Shown here one piece after another: positions 1-11,227 of a stretch of 64,000 nt of DNA. Origin of the DNA: Mobula hypostoma (taxonomy: Eukaryota); the NCBI RefSeq assembly GCF_963921235.1, contig NC_086097.1, positions 114,020,001-114,084,000 of the forward strand, read 5' to 3'. Within the stretch, counting starts at the first letter, position 1. Every line of letters begins with the position of its first letter. A model generated the notes under the pieces. That model saw nothing but the letters and a program-made list of their open reading frames with translations, was not told where the DNA came from and made no database searches. The position numbers were made by a program, and so were the translations under genes.

Positions 1-1087
1 ACAGCTAGAGTCTGGTATTGGTGTTAACATAAGCTATTTTTATTAGTAACTACATAATACAGTCATATATAACTGGATAAATCAAACAAGTTAGCAGTTT
101 TACGTGTATATATGTGTGCAAATATAACTCCCAAACTACTGAGCTTGGGGGAAACAAGGCTTAGAGTCTTGAGATTGTAAAGTATGAAAGTTCAGTTCAT
201 CCACTGAATAGGTGATGAGAGAGAGATATTTGTAATCCAGGGTAAATGTCGAGAGAAGGCAGTTACGTCGATATTCCACAGATTCCACGACAGCAATACA
301 AAATAACAATAGTAGTAGGTTTTATCTCCAAAGTTGTTCCACTCCACACACAAAATATCACCGACAGTGATCTTCAACGAATATCCTTTCAACACAAGTG
401 GTACCACACCCGAATTCAGCTATGGGTCATTCCAAAGTGGTGGCCACAGGATATTCAAAGAGAATCCACATATGGATTATCACCAACAGTAGATTATCAC
501 TAAGGGGACCCTCTTCAAGGGAACCAACCCCAAACACACAACGTGATAGCCACTTATCCAGTTTCCCAACATATGAAATAATTCCTCTCCCTTCTTCTCT
601 TCCTTTAAAGTCACCAAATGTAACCACAACAAAGGGGACCATTTTCTGTGATGAAGTTATCAATCCAGGTGAGGGTTGGACACACGAATAACTTCCCACC
701 GGTCACACCTTTTCCACACTGCAAGAGCCACTGATCAATTCACCTGACCGATCCTCCAAACACCCATCTTTCTGTGGGCACAACAAAGCTCATCCACTGT
801 CCAAAATCATGTGTCCGTCAGTCTATTAGCTGACCTTCTATTTATCTCACCATGCTGAACACCAGCTGTCCATCAAGTAGCTCCTTCCTTCTCTCTCTGT
901 AGGAACACAGAAGCTGGCAGTGTCCTTGCAAAGTGTTAACATGCTGCAGAGAAAACATAACAGCATCCCAAAGCAGTCTTCGCCTCGCTCTCTCTTATTA
1001 ATAAGATGCTTATGTTGAATCACTCTCTCTCTCTCTCTTTTTAAAGGTATAGTCCATAAAAAATATGACCCCTAGGGATATATAACA
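1..1087 (-). mobile_element. LTR-like element, probably a solo LTR, truncated by the window start and abutting a Rex1 LINE fragment
   Basis: Minus strand starts TGTTATA at 1087, has AATAAA near 39-44 and no recognisable coding content. Rex1 sequence (atggactctgcc, cf. ~24767) begins abruptly at 1088. Confidence 0.5.
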
Positions 1088-1850
1088 ATGGACTCTGCCT
1101 TCCTAAGGCATCACTCCTTGAAGATGTCTTGAATATGACCTAGGCTAGTACCCATGATGGATCTGACTAATTTTACAAGTTTCTGCAACTTACTTTGATC
1201 TTGTGCTGAAGCCTGCACTATACCAGATTGTGATGCAAACAGTCAGAATACTCTACCATACATTTGTAGAAGTTCTCGAGTGCTTTAGTTGACAAACCAA
1301 ATCCTGTCAAACTCCTAATGAAATATAGCCGTTGTCTCATCTTCTTTATTGATAAGTTGCATCCAGGTTAGGTCCTCAGAGATATTAACATGCAGGAACT
1401 TGAAATTTCTTATTCTCTCTGCTTCTGATCCCTCTATGAGGATTTGTTTGTGTTCCCTCATCTTACCCTTCCTGAAGTCCACAACTAGTTCTTTAGTTTT
1501 GCTGACGTTGAGTGCAAGGCTGTTGCAGTGACACCACTCAACTAACTGATATATCTCGCACTTGTATGCCTTTATGCCCTTTCGTCACCATCTGAATTTG
1601 TTTCAATGGTTGTACCATCAGCAAATTTATAGATGGAATTTGAGCTATACGTAGCACACAGTCATGGGTATAGAGAGGGTAGAGCGGTGGGCTAAGCACA
1701 CATTCCTGTGGTGTGACAGTGTTCAATTGTCAGCGAGGTAGAGATATTATTTCCATAATCCACAGATTGTGGTCTTCTGGTTAGGAAGTCAAGGATCCAA
1801 TTGCAGAAAGAGGTATAGAGGCTTAGGCTCTGCAGTTTTTCAATCAGAGA
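1088..1850 (-). mobile_element. Rex1/Babar LINE RT fragment (degenerate)
   Basis: ORF pieces [29 protein letters not shown] and [19 protein letters not shown]. Homologous to 24389-25580. Confidence 0.85.
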
Positions 1851-1857
1851 TGATGTG

Positions 1858-2800
1858 TCAAAGTCCAAAGTAGATTTTTTTTTATGAAAGTATATACTGT
1901 ACAAGCCATATACTACTCTCCGATTTATTTTCTTGCAGACATTCGGAGTAGTATAAAGGAATGCAATAGAATCAATGAAAAACTACACACAAGCAAAGAC
2001 TGAAAGACAATATGCACAAGAAGGCAAAATGCAAATACAAAATAAATAAATAAATAATGCTGAGTCTCTCTCTCTTAATCTCCTGGAGGAAGGTGCCTGC
2101 GTTTGATTGGTCTCTCTCTCCCTCTCGCTTATTGCTGAAAGAGTCCTGGGTCCTGGGTAAGGTTTAATCAATGCAATTTACGTATTGGATTCGTTAGATC
2201 ATGTTATGATGTTTTTCTGGTTTCTGGTTGCTTCCTTTTTGCTGCTATTTTGTGCGATTTTGATCAGGATAGACTAGCTCTGAAGCCTACGGTCTATGAA
2301 AAATGCAGCACTAGATTGAAACTGAACACTTTATGGTCTGTTTCATTGACTTTGTGGTTTGATGGTTTATATTCTGTGTTTATTGCTGATTTTCTTTTGC
2401 TGTTTGCATGATTTGTTCTTTTTTGCGCGCTAGGGATTTGGTGTTTTCCTTTGAATGGTTTCCATAGTTCTCTTTGTTTCATGGCAAGTCTCAGAGTTGC
2501 ATACTGCATACATTCTTTTATAATCAATGTACTTTGTATCTTTGAACATGAGTTGTAGAGTCCATGAAAGTAAGTTCATAGGTTGTGAAATCAGTTCAAT
2601 GTTGTGGTCAGTGAATTTATCCAGGAGCCGGATGGTTGTAGGATAATTACTGTTCCTGAACCTTGTGATGGGGGACCTAAGGCTCCTGTACCTCCTTCCC
2701 GACGGCAGCAGTGAGAAGAGAGCATGGCCTGAATGGTGGGGGTCCTTGATGACGGATGCTGCTTTCCTGTAGCATCCCTCCTTGTAGATGTGCTCAACGG
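1858..2800 (-). mobile_element. Rex1/Babar 3' end interrupted by an oppositely oriented element with a Rex-type tail (~2065-2547)
   Basis: Tail resembles 57525 onward. 2600-2800 is homologous to the KAASIIKD..HPGHAL.SL.PSGRRYRSL region of other Rex1 copies. Confidence 0.65.
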
Positions 2801-3225
2801 TGATTCAGTTCTGAAAAGTAATTCAATTTTGATGTGGGAGTTTATAGTTTGAAGAGAAAGTCAAATACTTTGCTGAAACACCCATTCTAAAATATCACTG
2901 CTTTTCAATAAAATGACAGGCAATGACAGGATAATGAAGTCTAAGCTGAAATCCAGTCAATTGTACCAACAAATTGAGATTTTAAGAAGATTAGTTGGTT
3001 GCAAGACTTGACAAACCTGAAAGTGGTAAAGTTCCGAACTTTGCATTTTTCCTAAAAAATACTTCAATTAAAATTATTTTGTAATTCTTATCTCATCTTG
3101 TAGCTTGAAAATGTCCATCAGCAAAATCTTTTGGCTACCATTCTGTTATGAAGTCTCTAAAATAGTGATCTCTGTGGACATTGTTTTTGACCTCCTTTTC
3201 AAAGTTCAAAGGTCAAAGTAAATTT

Positions 3226-3909
3226 AGGAGGGGAGGAGAAGATGGCGGTGTGACGCAGCATGCGCAGCCACTCCAAAATGATATTGCATTTGTAAATAGG
3301 TACCGTGCACAATCCTGATTTGATGGAGACAGACGTGAGAAGCACGGAGGAGCATCTGGAGAAACTTCTGAAATGCCCGCTTTGCTGCCACTGCTACTGT
3401 GCAATTGAGAATCTCTGGAGGGGAAGGCCCCAAATCATTCGCTCTGCCTATTTTTCTTGCCGGGGCAGGGGTCAAAGCGCTCGGCAGAGATGGTGCTCGG
3501 TGCTGGGTGTCGGAGGGGTGGTCGGAGGCTCAAAGTTTTCGGACGGTCTCAAGAGTCGGCTGTGGTCGGGTGCTTCCAGGGTGCTGCATCGGCAAGTTTG
3601 CGACGCTGGAAGCTCATGGCAGGGAGAGTTTTTCTTCCTTCTACCGTCTGTGTGAGATGATGGGGCTTTCGAGAGACTTTGAGACTTTTTTTTTACCATG
3701 CCCATGGTCTGTTCTTTATCAAATTATGGTACTGCTTTGCACTGTTGTAACTATATGTTATAATTATGTGGTTTTTGTCAGTTTTTTCAGTCTTGGTTTG
3801 TCTTGTGTTTCTGTGATATCATTCTAGAGGAACATTGTATCATTTCTTAATGCATGCATTACTAAATGACAAAAAAAGAGGACTGCGTGTCCTCATAATC
3901 TAAAAAAAA
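3226..3909 (+). mobile_element. Non-coding ~680-bp retroposon (SINE-like or non-autonomous LINE derivative), copy 1
   Basis: Starts GGAGAAGATGGCG and ends with a GAGGAC-TGCGT-GTCCTC hairpin (3878-3894) plus TAATCT/A tail. Homologous to 20229-20863 and 21039-21483. Splits a Rex-type tail (caaagtaaattt|attatt). Confidence 0.8.
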
Positions 3910-4570
3910 TTATTATTCTAGCATGTATCTGTCGCCATATACTACCCTAAAATTCATTTTCTTGTGGGTACTCACAGTAGATCTAAAGAAATCCAACAGA
4001 AACAAGGACTACACAGAAAGATGTACAAACAGCCACTACTTGTGAATACAAATAGGCAAGGAGGAACTACTGCACGGCAGCTTGTGAGTGCCAATTTAAA
4101 TCTCTCTCTATACTTGTATACCAATGGACAATGAAACATAGCATGATATTAATAGAATAAAGCAATTGTTCAGACCCTATTCTGCCTACAATGAAGCAGA
4201 AGTATCAAGATTGTTGTCTTAACACAGGAGTATCAATTCCCAAAGAAATCATTGAACAGACTAAATAATGTTAAACTAAGGAAAAATAATTAGCCAGAAG
4301 GTACCATTCAAAGTCATGGTAAATTTGTTATCAAAGTACACATATGTTACCAATTTTACCTTGAGATTCATTTTCCTGCAGGCATTTATAGGAAAATAAA
4401 TTTATTTTATTTGTCATTTATTTAACCATACAGTGTGGAGTAGCCCTTTTGAACCTTTGAGCTATACTGCCCCAGCACTGTCCCACAAATCCAATTAACC
4501 CCAACCTAATCACAGAACCATTTGCAATGTCCAATTAACTTGCATGGTATGTCTTTGAACTGTGGGAAGA

Positions 4571-5854
4571 GTATGTCCTTGGTCTGATCAGGGACAGTCA
4601 GCATGGCTTTGTGAAGGGCAGATCGTGTCTAACAAGCCTGATAGAGTTCTTTGAGGAGGTGACCAGGCATATAGATGAGGGTAGTGCAGTGGATGTGATC
4701 TACATGGATTTTAGTAAGGCATTTGACAAGGTTCCACACGGTAGGCTTATTCAGAAAGTTAGAAGGCATGGGATCCAGGGAAGTTTGGCCAGGTGGATTC
4801 AGAATTGTCTTGCCTGCAGAAGGCAGAGGGTGGTGGTGGAGGGAGTACATTCAGATTGGAGGATTGTGACTAGTGGTGTCCCACAAGGATCTGTTCTGGG
4901 ACCTCTACTTTTCGTGATTTTTATTAACGACCTGGATGTCGGGGTAGAAGGCTGGGTTGGCAAATTTGCAGACGACACAAAGGTTGGTGGTGTTGTAGAT
5001 AGTGTAGAGGATTGTCAAAGATTGCAGAGAGACATTGATAGGATGCAGAAGTGGGCTGAGAAGTGGCAGATGGAGTTCAACCCGGAGAAGTATGAGGTGG
5101 TACACTTTGGAAGGACAAACTCCAAGGCAGAGTACAAAGTAAATGGCAGGATACTTGGTAGTGTGAAGGAGCAGAGGGATCTGGGGGTACATGTCCACAG
5201 ATCCCTGAAAGTTGCCTCACAGGTAGATAGGGTAGTTAAGAAAGCTTATGGGGTGTTAGCTTTCATAAGTCGAGGGATAGAGTTTAAGAATCGCGATGTA
5301 ATGATGCAGCTCTATAAAACTCTGGTTAGGCCACACTTGGAGTACTCTGTCCAGTTCTGGTCACCTCACTATAGGAAGGATGTGAAAGCATTGGAAAGGG
5401 TACAGAGGAGATTTACCAAGATGCTGCCTGGTTTAGAAAGTATGCATTATGATCAGAGATTAAGGGAGCTAGGGTTTTATTCTTTGGAGAGAAGGAGGAT
5501 TAGAGGAGACATGATAGAAGTATACAAAATATTAAGAGGAATAGATACAGTGGACAGCCAGCGCCTCTTCCCCAGGGCACCACTGCTCAATACAAGGGGA
5601 CATGGTTTTAAGGTGAGGGGTGGGAAGTTCAAGGGGGATATTAGAGGAAGGTTTTTTACTCAGGGAGTGGTTGGTGCGTGGAATACACTGCCTGAGTCAG
5701 TGGTGGAGGCAGATACACTAGTGAAGTTTAAGAGACTACTAGACAGGTATATGGAGGCATTTAAGGTGGGGGCTTATATGGGAGGCAGGGTTTGAGGGTT
5801 GGCACAACATTGTGGGCTGAAGGGCCTGTACTGTGCTGTACTATTCTATGTTCT
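4571..5854 (+). mobile_element. 5'-truncated CR1 LINE, young copy
   Basis: Uninterrupted RT ORF followed by a CR1 3' UTR and ctattctatgttct tail. Confidence 0.95.
4611..5795 (+). CDS. CR1 ORF2 reverse transcriptase, C-terminal 394 aa (TE-encoded, 5'-truncated)
   Basis: Motifs [60 protein letters not shown]. Confidence 0.9.
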   Translation: [394 protein letters not shown]

Positions 5855-7319
5855 AAACCAGAGGACTCAAGGAACACCCACACATTGCACGGGGCAGAGG
5901 TACAGAGACTACCTACGGAACGGTGCTGGAGTTGAACTCTGAACTCCAGAACACACTGAGCTGTAACAGCGTCACACTAAGCACTATGTTACCATGGTGC
6001 CTACTGAAAAACTCTACCTAAAGAAGAAACATTGTGCACATATATAAAAAAATACCGAGAACGTGAGTTATAGAGTCCTTGAAAGTGAGTCTTTAGATTT
6101 TGTGGAATCTGTTCAGAGTTGAGGTGAGTGAAGTTATCCTCATGAGTATAAAACCACCCTTCTCCCCTAACTGTCCTGTTTATGGAGGCAATGGTTCAGT
6201 TATAATGTTCAGAAGATTTTCCAGATGTTTATTGTCATCCTACCTTCAGTTTCCTGCTGGACAAAGCAAAATCCTGTATCTAAATGGACAAGGATTGTAC
6301 AGCACTTGTAGTAATTGGGAGCAGAACTCGATTTATAGGTCTCACCTAATTTAATATCAAATAAGTAATGGCTTTAGCAGGACTTTTCTGCAATGTAACC
6401 ACACTAAGCAACAATACTCAATGCATTCCACATATGTTGGAATAAAATGAGACTCTTACAGAATTTTATTGCACAAGTCCAATGTACTGAACTGAACAGT
6501 TGTAAAACTTCATTTTTTTGATTTAGTAGAATAATTATGGGTTGTGGGTTATAAATCTGTCTTGATTTCAATGCAAAAGAAAATTGGTGGAATGCAAAGC
6601 AGGTTAATTATTGCTAAAAGCTGTTCTGCATCATTACATTGTTGTAGCTCCAGAAATGATAGTCCATTGTTTGAGATGATAGTTCAGTAATCGTGTTTTT
6701 CAAAATCATATTCCTGCCATTAGATCACAATTTCTCAATAGTTTTGACTGATTATGGACTGGAGTGTGTTTCATATTATCTACTTTGCCTGCAAGATTGC
6801 ATATTGGCCGATGTACTGTTCTGACAACAGGGTCATTTTACTCCATTGGTGAACAGTGAAGAAAATCAATAATTTATAGTGCACCTGAGGTCCAATTGTA
6901 AGAAAAGAACAGTACAGGAATACATTCTTCTTCAGGAAAAAAGGACCATTAGTGAGAAAGCCTTATGAATGTGAAATAATCAATGAATATCAATATGCAC
7001 AAACCCTGAAGACTGCTGCAAATTAATCAAAATCTGTTGGCTGCAATAAAATAACCATACTGGCAAAGCTTGGTGATTAATCAAAAATGGCAATGTCTTA
7101 GATGCACCATGACAGATTATCTCCAGATTTTCTTTTGATCATGAATTATGTGAGAATGAAACTTGCTATCTCACAGGGTAACGTCATTGGAAGACCCAAT
7201 GCCTTGAAAGGTAGAATGGTGTAAAAATCAGTACGCATCATTCGTACTGTTTTTCAAAGAGTTTCTACTGCCTGAAATTGGGAGATTCAGAGGATCGCAA
7301 TGGCATATTTCAAGGATCC

Positions 7320-7620
7320 CAGAATTCTTTCCATGGACATCTGGGGTTACTCAATGGTCAGGAAAGATGGACAAAATTATCAATGTGGGTTGTATACAGA
7401 CTTCAAAAAAGGATATCAAGGATAGTTTTAAACAGGAAGTAAGAGACACACTCAATAATGATAAAAGTACAACTGTGACTATACATGATTTTAATCTTCA
7501 TATAGAGTAATAATAATGTAACAGGAGGAATTTCTGGAATGCAATTCTGTTTGCATTTGAACCAATCTATTAAAAAGCAATAAAGAAATGACTCTCTAGG
7601 CAGGGATTTTGTAAATGAAA
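7320..7620 (+). mobile_element. Ancient, highly decayed CR1 endonuclease-region fragment
   Basis: gtgggttgtatacagac and atgattttaatcttcatatagag resemble the GVVYRPP and GDFNLHIDW regions of CR1 APE. Confidence 0.45.
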
Positions 7621-7718
7621 ATGAACTATCTTATCAAGAAGCATCCCTTGATGGGAAAGATTAAACATGGATTCAGAGCTGGCTTTTGCAAAGAAGACAG
7701 AGAGTAGTGGTTTTTAAA

Positions 7719-7870
7719 ACGCAAACAGCAGGAATTCTTCAGATGCTGGAAATTCAAGCAACACACATCAAAGTTGCTGGTGAACGCAGCAGGCCAGGCA
7801 GCATCTCTAGGAAGAGACACAGTCGACGTTTCAGGCCCGGACCCTTCATCAGGACTAACTGAAGGAAGAG
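7719..7870 (-). mobile_element. Penelope-like element terminal repeat
   Basis: Reverse complement of the repeat that follows the GIY-YIG-type fragments at 10290-10865 and 45617-46175. Confidence 0.8.
7821..7856 (-). ncRNA. Minimal type I hammerhead ribozyme motif (canonical core)
   Basis: Minus strand AGUC-CUGAUGA-AGGGUCCGGGCCU-GAAA-CG-UC-GACU: stem I AGUC/GACU, CUGANGA and GAAA boxes, GUC cleavage triplet. Confidence 0.75.
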
Positions 7871-7885
7871 TTAGTGAGAGATTTG

Positions 7886-8328
7886 AGATTTAAGAGGCTG
7901 GACAAACTTGGGTTGTTTTCTTTGGACCGGCAAAGGCTGAGGGGAGATCTGATAGAGGTTCATAAAATTATGAGAGGCATAGATAGAGCAGACAGGGATT
8001 ATCTTTTTCCAAGGGTAGAAATGTCTAATACCAGAGGGCATGCATTGAAGGCGAGGGGGGTAGATTCAAAGGGGATGTGAGGGGCAAGTTTTTTCCTCAG
8101 AGAGTGGTGAATGACTGGAATGTGCTTCCTGGTGTGGTGGTAGAGGCAAATACATAAGAGGCTTTTGAGAGACGTTTAGATAGGCCCATGATTATGAGGA
8201 ACATGGAGGGATATGGACATTGTGTAAGTGGGAGGGATTAGTTTTTGGGGGTTTTCAATTTAAGTTTTAGCTGGTTTGGCACAACGCTGTGGACTGAAGG
8301 ACCTGTTCCCATGCTGTCCCATTCTATA
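7886..8328 (+). mobile_element. CR1 3' fragment
   Basis: LDKLGLFSLDRQRLRGDLIEVHKIMRG plus CR1 3' UTR. Similar to 25965-26496. Confidence 0.9.
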
Positions 8329-8581
8329 ACACGGTCCCATTCTTCACTGAGATGGATAGTGAAAGAGTTGATTGTGAGGCAGAAGTCCTCAATTTAAATA
8401 GAGGAAGCTATGGAGGAAAGAGATGCCAGTGGATGGTGGAAGACTGGGGAATGTTACTTAGAGCGGCAAATGTTTAAAGAGTACTTGGATGAATTATAAT
8501 TGTCCAATCTTGTGTGATGAAAAAAAATCCTTCTGTTCTTTGGTCAGTTCACACACTGAGCAAAGACACTAACACTAATTA

Positions 8582-8846
8582 TTACTTTTATTTTTATTTA
8601 GAGATACTGCATGATAACAGGCCCTTCTGGCTCAGTGAACCCATGCTGCCGAATTAGACCCATGTGACCAATTACCCTATGAACATGCTTGTCCTTGGAA
8701 TGTGGGAGGAAATTGGAGCATCCAGAGAAAATCCACGTGGTCACAGGGAGAATATACAGATCCCTTACAGGCAGTGGTGGGAATTGAACCGGGGTCGTCC
8801 ACACTGTAATAACTTTATGTTAACAGCTACGCCACCATGCCGCCCC
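8582..8846 (-). mobile_element. tRNA-derived V-SINE-like element with CR1-type tail
   Basis: Minus strand GGCGGCATGGTGGCGTAGC (A box) ... GGTTCAATTCCC (B box). 3' end aagggcctgttatcatgcagtatctctaaataaa resembles the CR1 3' UTR. Confidence 0.8.
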
Positions 8847-9499
8847 TCCTTTATGTTATATCGGTTGCCTATTCAAAATGGTCGTTCAGTAAGTCCCAGC
8901 ATAGACTCAGATATTACGTGAATGAAGAGGAATTGGACAGGTTGACTCCAGGTTTTGCTGGGTCTTCTCCGAGCTCCGAACTTGGGATCCTTCATTCTGA
9001 AATTGTTGTTCCTGGGCTTGTTGCTGATTCCAATGCTGAGCCATCTTCTTTTTCGCAATGAACGCGTCATTTGAAATTTGAGCTCCCTCTAACATTGCTG
9101 CAGACTTTATTATCTTTGTTCTCTGGAACATCCTTGTCTCACCTCATTCTCTCATTTACTTCAGAAGTTATCCATGTTTCATTATTGGCTGCATTTGATT
9201 TTTGGGCTGTTGGTTTTAGAAAGCATCTTTTCATCTTTGTGACTCGGGAGTATGGAATCTCTCTTAACACCACAATAGATTTGTGCTCATCTTCTCTTTA
9301 CCTCTTCTTGCAGAGGTTTAGTAGCTAGCGTTGAGGCTATGACAAATACTGGAAAGATGATTTAGTGCGTGATAGACTGTTGGGTGAAAAGATGAACATG
9401 AAGATACAGAGAAGCAACACTGTGACTAGAACAGGCTGAAGGAGTGAGTGGGTACATAGCAGATGAAGCATTATATGAATAACTAAAGTCTTCCACATT

Positions 9500-9820
9500 G
9501 GTGACAGTACTAAGAAGGTAGATCTGTCCTGGGACCAGCATGTACAGCAAGTACCATTTCAAAGAAGGCACAGCACCACTTCTGCTTTCTTAGAAGTCTG
9601 TGCAGATTCAGCACCTCATCTAAACCTCTGACAAATTTCTATAGATGCACAGTGGAGAGCAGCCTGGCTGGATGCATCACAGTTGCATTAGTCTTTGTGC
9701 ATTTTTTTATATCAATTTTATTTCTTTTTTCTACTGTGAATGCCTGCAAGTGAATGAATCTCATCTCAGAGTAGTATTTGGTAGCATATATATACTTCTG
9801 TAATAAACTTATTGTGAACT
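9500..9820 (+). mobile_element. Rex1/Babar decayed 3' fragment
   Basis: aaatttctatagatgcacagtggagagc (NFYRCTVES) and Rex-type tail. Confidence 0.7.
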
Positions 9821-9879
9821 TAGATTATTATTTGAATTCAATAGATTAAAAGGGGGGAGGTGAACTATTTGCTGAAAGT

Positions 9880-10140
9880 AAGTATGTGAGTATAGTAAAT
9901 TGGTGTGTGGTGCTGCAATTGTACAGGATCTTGATGAGGCAGCACCACATATATTATGCAATGTTTCAATCACCTTGTCCAAGGAAAACTGCTTTTGCTA
10001 TGGAGAGATGGTTCACCATGCTGAATAATTTGGTGGCAGGACTGATGGATGAAGGGACACTGGGTCATTTAGGCTTACTGTACATCCACTAGATCTTAGA
10101 AGGATGAGAGAGGACCTTAATAAAATCTGCCACATTCTAT
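9880..10140 (+). mobile_element. Old CR1 RT C-terminal fragment
   Basis: LQLYRILMRQHHIYYAMFQSP resembles [21 protein letters not shown]. Confidence 0.6.
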
Positions 10141-10289
10141 CAGAACTGGATACTGGAAGGATATTCCAAATGACAGAGGAGCTGAAGACTAGAAACCAAA
10201 TTATTAAATGTCTTCAAGAAAGGAGATAATATGTTCTTAGGGGAAAGAGATCGAGCAATATTGCGAGAAAGCCGGAACGCGATGTTGAA

Positions 10290-10865
10290 TGTCAAGCATC
10301 TTAGTTCTATCTGCAAAAAACGGGATTTCCCGATGGCCAACAATTTTAATTCCTATCCCCATTCCCAATCCAATGTGTTGGTCCATGGCATCCTTTACTG
10401 CCGTAATAAGGCCACTGTCAGGTTGGAGGAGCAACACCTCATATTTAATCAGCATGAATACTGATTTTTCTAACTTCTGGTCATTTCTTCCCCCACCCCA
10501 CCTTTTTCCATTCCCTATTCTGGCTCCCCTCTTACCCCTCATCTTCTCTTCACCTGCCTATCACCTCCCTCTGGTGCCCTTCCTCCCATGGTCTACTCTC
10601 CTCGCCTATCAGATGCCTTCTTCTTCAGCCTTTTAACTTTTCCACCTATCACCTCCAGCTTCTCACTTCAATCCCCCCTCACCTGGCTTCTCCTACCACC
10701 TTGCAGCCTGTAATCCTTCCTCTCCCTGAACCTTCTTATTCTGGCATCTTCCCATTACTTTTCCAGTCCTGATAAAGGATCGTGGTCTGAAACTTTGACT
10801 CTTTATTCCTTTCCATAGATGCTGCTTGACCTGCTAAGTTCCTTCAGCACTTTGTGTGTGTTACA
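10290..10865 (+). mobile_element. Penelope-like element 3' part: GIY-YIG endonuclease C-terminus, pyrimidine-rich UTR, terminal repeat with decayed hammerhead
   Basis: PMANNFNSYPHSQSNVLVHGILYCRNKATVRLEEQHLIF. cagtcctgataaaggatcgtggtctgaaactttgact at 10764-10800. Confidence 0.8.
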
Positions 10866-10929
10866 AAGAATGTGATGACTGGTCGTGCTCATATTAAGTA
10901 ATGGAACAGGCTTGACTGGTCAAATAGAT

Positions 10930-11227
10930 TAGAAGAGATAAATACGAGAGGACATGGCTTTAGGGTGAAAGGGGAAAGGTTTAGGGGGAACTTCTTCACT
11001 CAGAGAGTGGTGGGAGTGTGGAATGAACTGCCATCTGATGTGGTAAATGTGGGCTCACTCTTAAGTTTTAAGAATAAATTGGATAGATACATGGATGGGA
11101 GAGGTCTGGAGAGTTATGGACTGGATGCAGGTCAATGGGACTAGTGGAATAAAGTTTCAGCACAGACTAGAAGGACCGAATGGCCTGTTTTCTGTGCTGT
11201 AGTGTTCTATGGTTCTATGGTTCTATG
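10930..11227 (+). mobile_element. CR1 3' end
   Basis: TRGHGFRVKG and FFTQRVVGVWNELP coding remnants, (ggttctat)n tail. Confidence 0.9.

Larger units (their letters stand above)
4401..6000 (-). mobile_element. tRNA-derived V-SINE-like element split by a CR1 insertion (parts 4401-4570 and 5855-6000)
   Basis: gtctttgaactgtgggaaga|aaaccagagg rejoins into the motif seen intact at 8691-8725 and 44938-44970. Confidence 0.75.

Noticed and set aside
3305..3827. Overlapping 116-142 aa ORFs in the 680-bp element
   Set aside because: Frames are not preserved between the three copies and there is no recognisable domain.
10764..10800. Hammerhead copies at 10764, 37716, 46042 and 61448 as functional ribozymes
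   Set aside because: Core substitutions (CUGAUAA; AAAC for GAAA), lost stem I or deleted stem II; treated as decayed.
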